Assembly: GCF_000372725.1 (NCBI RefSeq)
Contig: NW_005201851.1
Location: 376,987-396,986 of the forward strand
From: Emiliania huxleyi CCMP1516
Taxonomy: Eukaryota
Length of the DNA stretch: 20,000 nucleotides
Reading direction: 5' to 3'
This document shows, piece by piece, positions 18,998 through 20,000 of the stretch. A program made the translations under genes and the position numbers. The notes under the pieces were generated by a model. The model did no database searches, was not told the origin of the DNA, and saw only the letters and a list, made by a program, of their open reading frames with translations. The first letter of the stretch is position 1, and every line of letters begins with the position of its first letter.

Positions 18998-20000
18998 ATG
19001 CCACGCAAACAACGCGGCCGGCGGTCCGATGCGCAGCATGCGCGGCAGCATTGGGTGCCGCCACGCTGGTCACCTGCCACTGCTGCCACCGCCGCCACTG
19101 CCGCTGTCGCTGCAGCGAGCTCTGATTCAGCGAAGCTCAACATTACCCCGGCAGACGTGCAGTGGCGTCGAGAGCACTGCACGCCGCTTCCGCGCTGGCC
19201 GCCTTCGCGGTTCTCGCACGATCAGGACTGGGTAACGCTGGCCGATGGCATGGCCGTTGCCGACGACACTCTCTGGCGGTGGGCGGGCGGCGTGGAGGGC
19301 GGGCTTGTCAACCAGCGGACTGGCGGGCACATCAACTACCGAGGCGAGGGCCTCGTGCGCGGCCACGGCGACAAGCCGCCGTTCCGTGCGGCCGCAGCGG
19401 GGCGTGGCACCCGGCTGCACCGCGTGCCAATCCGCGCTGACGCCCACCGCCAGGACGCTCCGCCGTGCGAGCGGCCGCCGGCGACGTTTGCGCTGCGCTT
19501 TGTCTCGAGCAGCACCTTTCTCGAGGCGCCCTGCGCGCGAGGAGATGCGCCTGCCCCGCCGCCTCCCAGCCCGCCGCCTCCCAGCCCGCCGCCTCCCAGC
19601 CCGCCGCCTCCCAGCCCGCCGCCTCCCAGCCCGCCGCCTCCCAGCCCGCCGCCTCCCAGCCCGCCGCCTCCCAGCCCGCCGCCTCCCAGCCCGCCGCCTC
19701 CCGACCTGCAGGTTGACGACGGGGACGGGACCGTCGTCGCACGCTCGCGCGAGTGCTCCGACCTGCCGGCCTGCCTCTGGGACCTCGAGCCGCAGGCGCA
19801 CCAGCACCTCTGCCACCCCTTGCCCTCCTCTCCCTTGCCCTCCTCTCCCTTGCCCTCCTCGCCCCGGCCCTCCTCGCCCCGGCCCTCCTCGCCCCGGCCC
19901 TCCTCTCCCCGGCCCTCCTCTCGCCTGCCCTCTGTGCCCTCCTCTCCCCCTCATCCGCCCGCCCGCCGCTCGAGCAGCCGCCGCCCTTTGCCGATCGACC
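18998..20000 (+). CDS. Hypothetical protein with (PPPPS)n linker; 5' part, continues beyond the window
   Basis: Open frame from ATG 18998 to the window end (absent from the ORF track): ...LWRWAGGVEGGLVNQRTGGHINYRGEGLVRGHGDKPPFRAA...(PPPPS)9...CLWDLEPQ. A likely GC donor (CAG|GCGCAC) lies near 19796. Confidence 0.6.
   Translation, partial: MPRKQRGRRSDAQHARQHWVPPRWSPATAATAATAAVAAASSDSAKLNITPADVQWRREHCTPLPRWPPSRFSHDQDWVTLADGMAVADDTLWRWAGGVEGGLVNQRTGGHINYRGEGLVRGHGDKPPFRAAAAGRGTRLHRVPIRADAHRQDAPPCERPPATFALRFVSSSTFLEAPCARGDAPAPPPPSPPPPSPPPPSPPPPSPPPPSPPPPSPPPPSPPPPSPPPPSPPPPDLQVDDGDGTVVARSRECSDLPACLWDLEPQAHQHLCHPLPSSPLPSSPLPSSPRPSSPRPSSPRPSSPRPSSRLPSVPSSPPHPPARRSSSRRPLPID
19555..19702 (+). repeat. 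15-bp perfect minisatellite (CCCGCCGCCTCCCAG) x ~9.9, encoding PPPPS
   Basis: Directly visible. Confidence 0.97.
19817..19922 (+). repeat. 15-bp pyrimidine-rich minisatellite x ~7 (probably intronic)
   Basis: CCCTTGCCCTCCTCT grades into CCCCGGCCCTCCTCG. Confidence 0.85.

Noticed and set aside
19127..19954. Minus-strand GGPGR/RRAGR/EAAGW ORFs
   Set aside because: Antisense readings of the minisatellites; the + frame is more protein-like.

Overview
GC-rich eukaryotic genomic DNA with short, mostly GC-AG introns. This pattern suggests a haptophyte such as Emiliania/Gephyrocapsa huxleyi (inference). Genes, in order: a NAK-family Ser/Thr kinase (-, runs off the left edge), a DUF1415 protein (+), an F-box-like/6x Kelch protein (-) head-to-head with an intronless DUF5060/DUF4038 glycosidase-like gene (+), a single-pass receptor (+), a DUF1664-like coiled-coil protein (-), a decayed 42-aa TPR-array gene (-) and a PPPPS-repeat gene running off the right edge (+). 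Between them are mobile-element remains: a CRE-like endonuclease fragment, a 754-bp MITE with perfect 26-bp TIRs inside a (CT)n tract, a CTTAAA-repeat segment and a frameshifted RNase H. The main finding is the receptor at 9453-12431. The ORF track splits it in two, but a 63-nt intron joins them into signal peptide + recently amplified Cys-rich repeat ectodomain + TM helix + cytoplasmic HET/TIR-like domain, a Toll-like-receptor-analogous architecture. All domain calls come from motif recognition by eye, not database searches.
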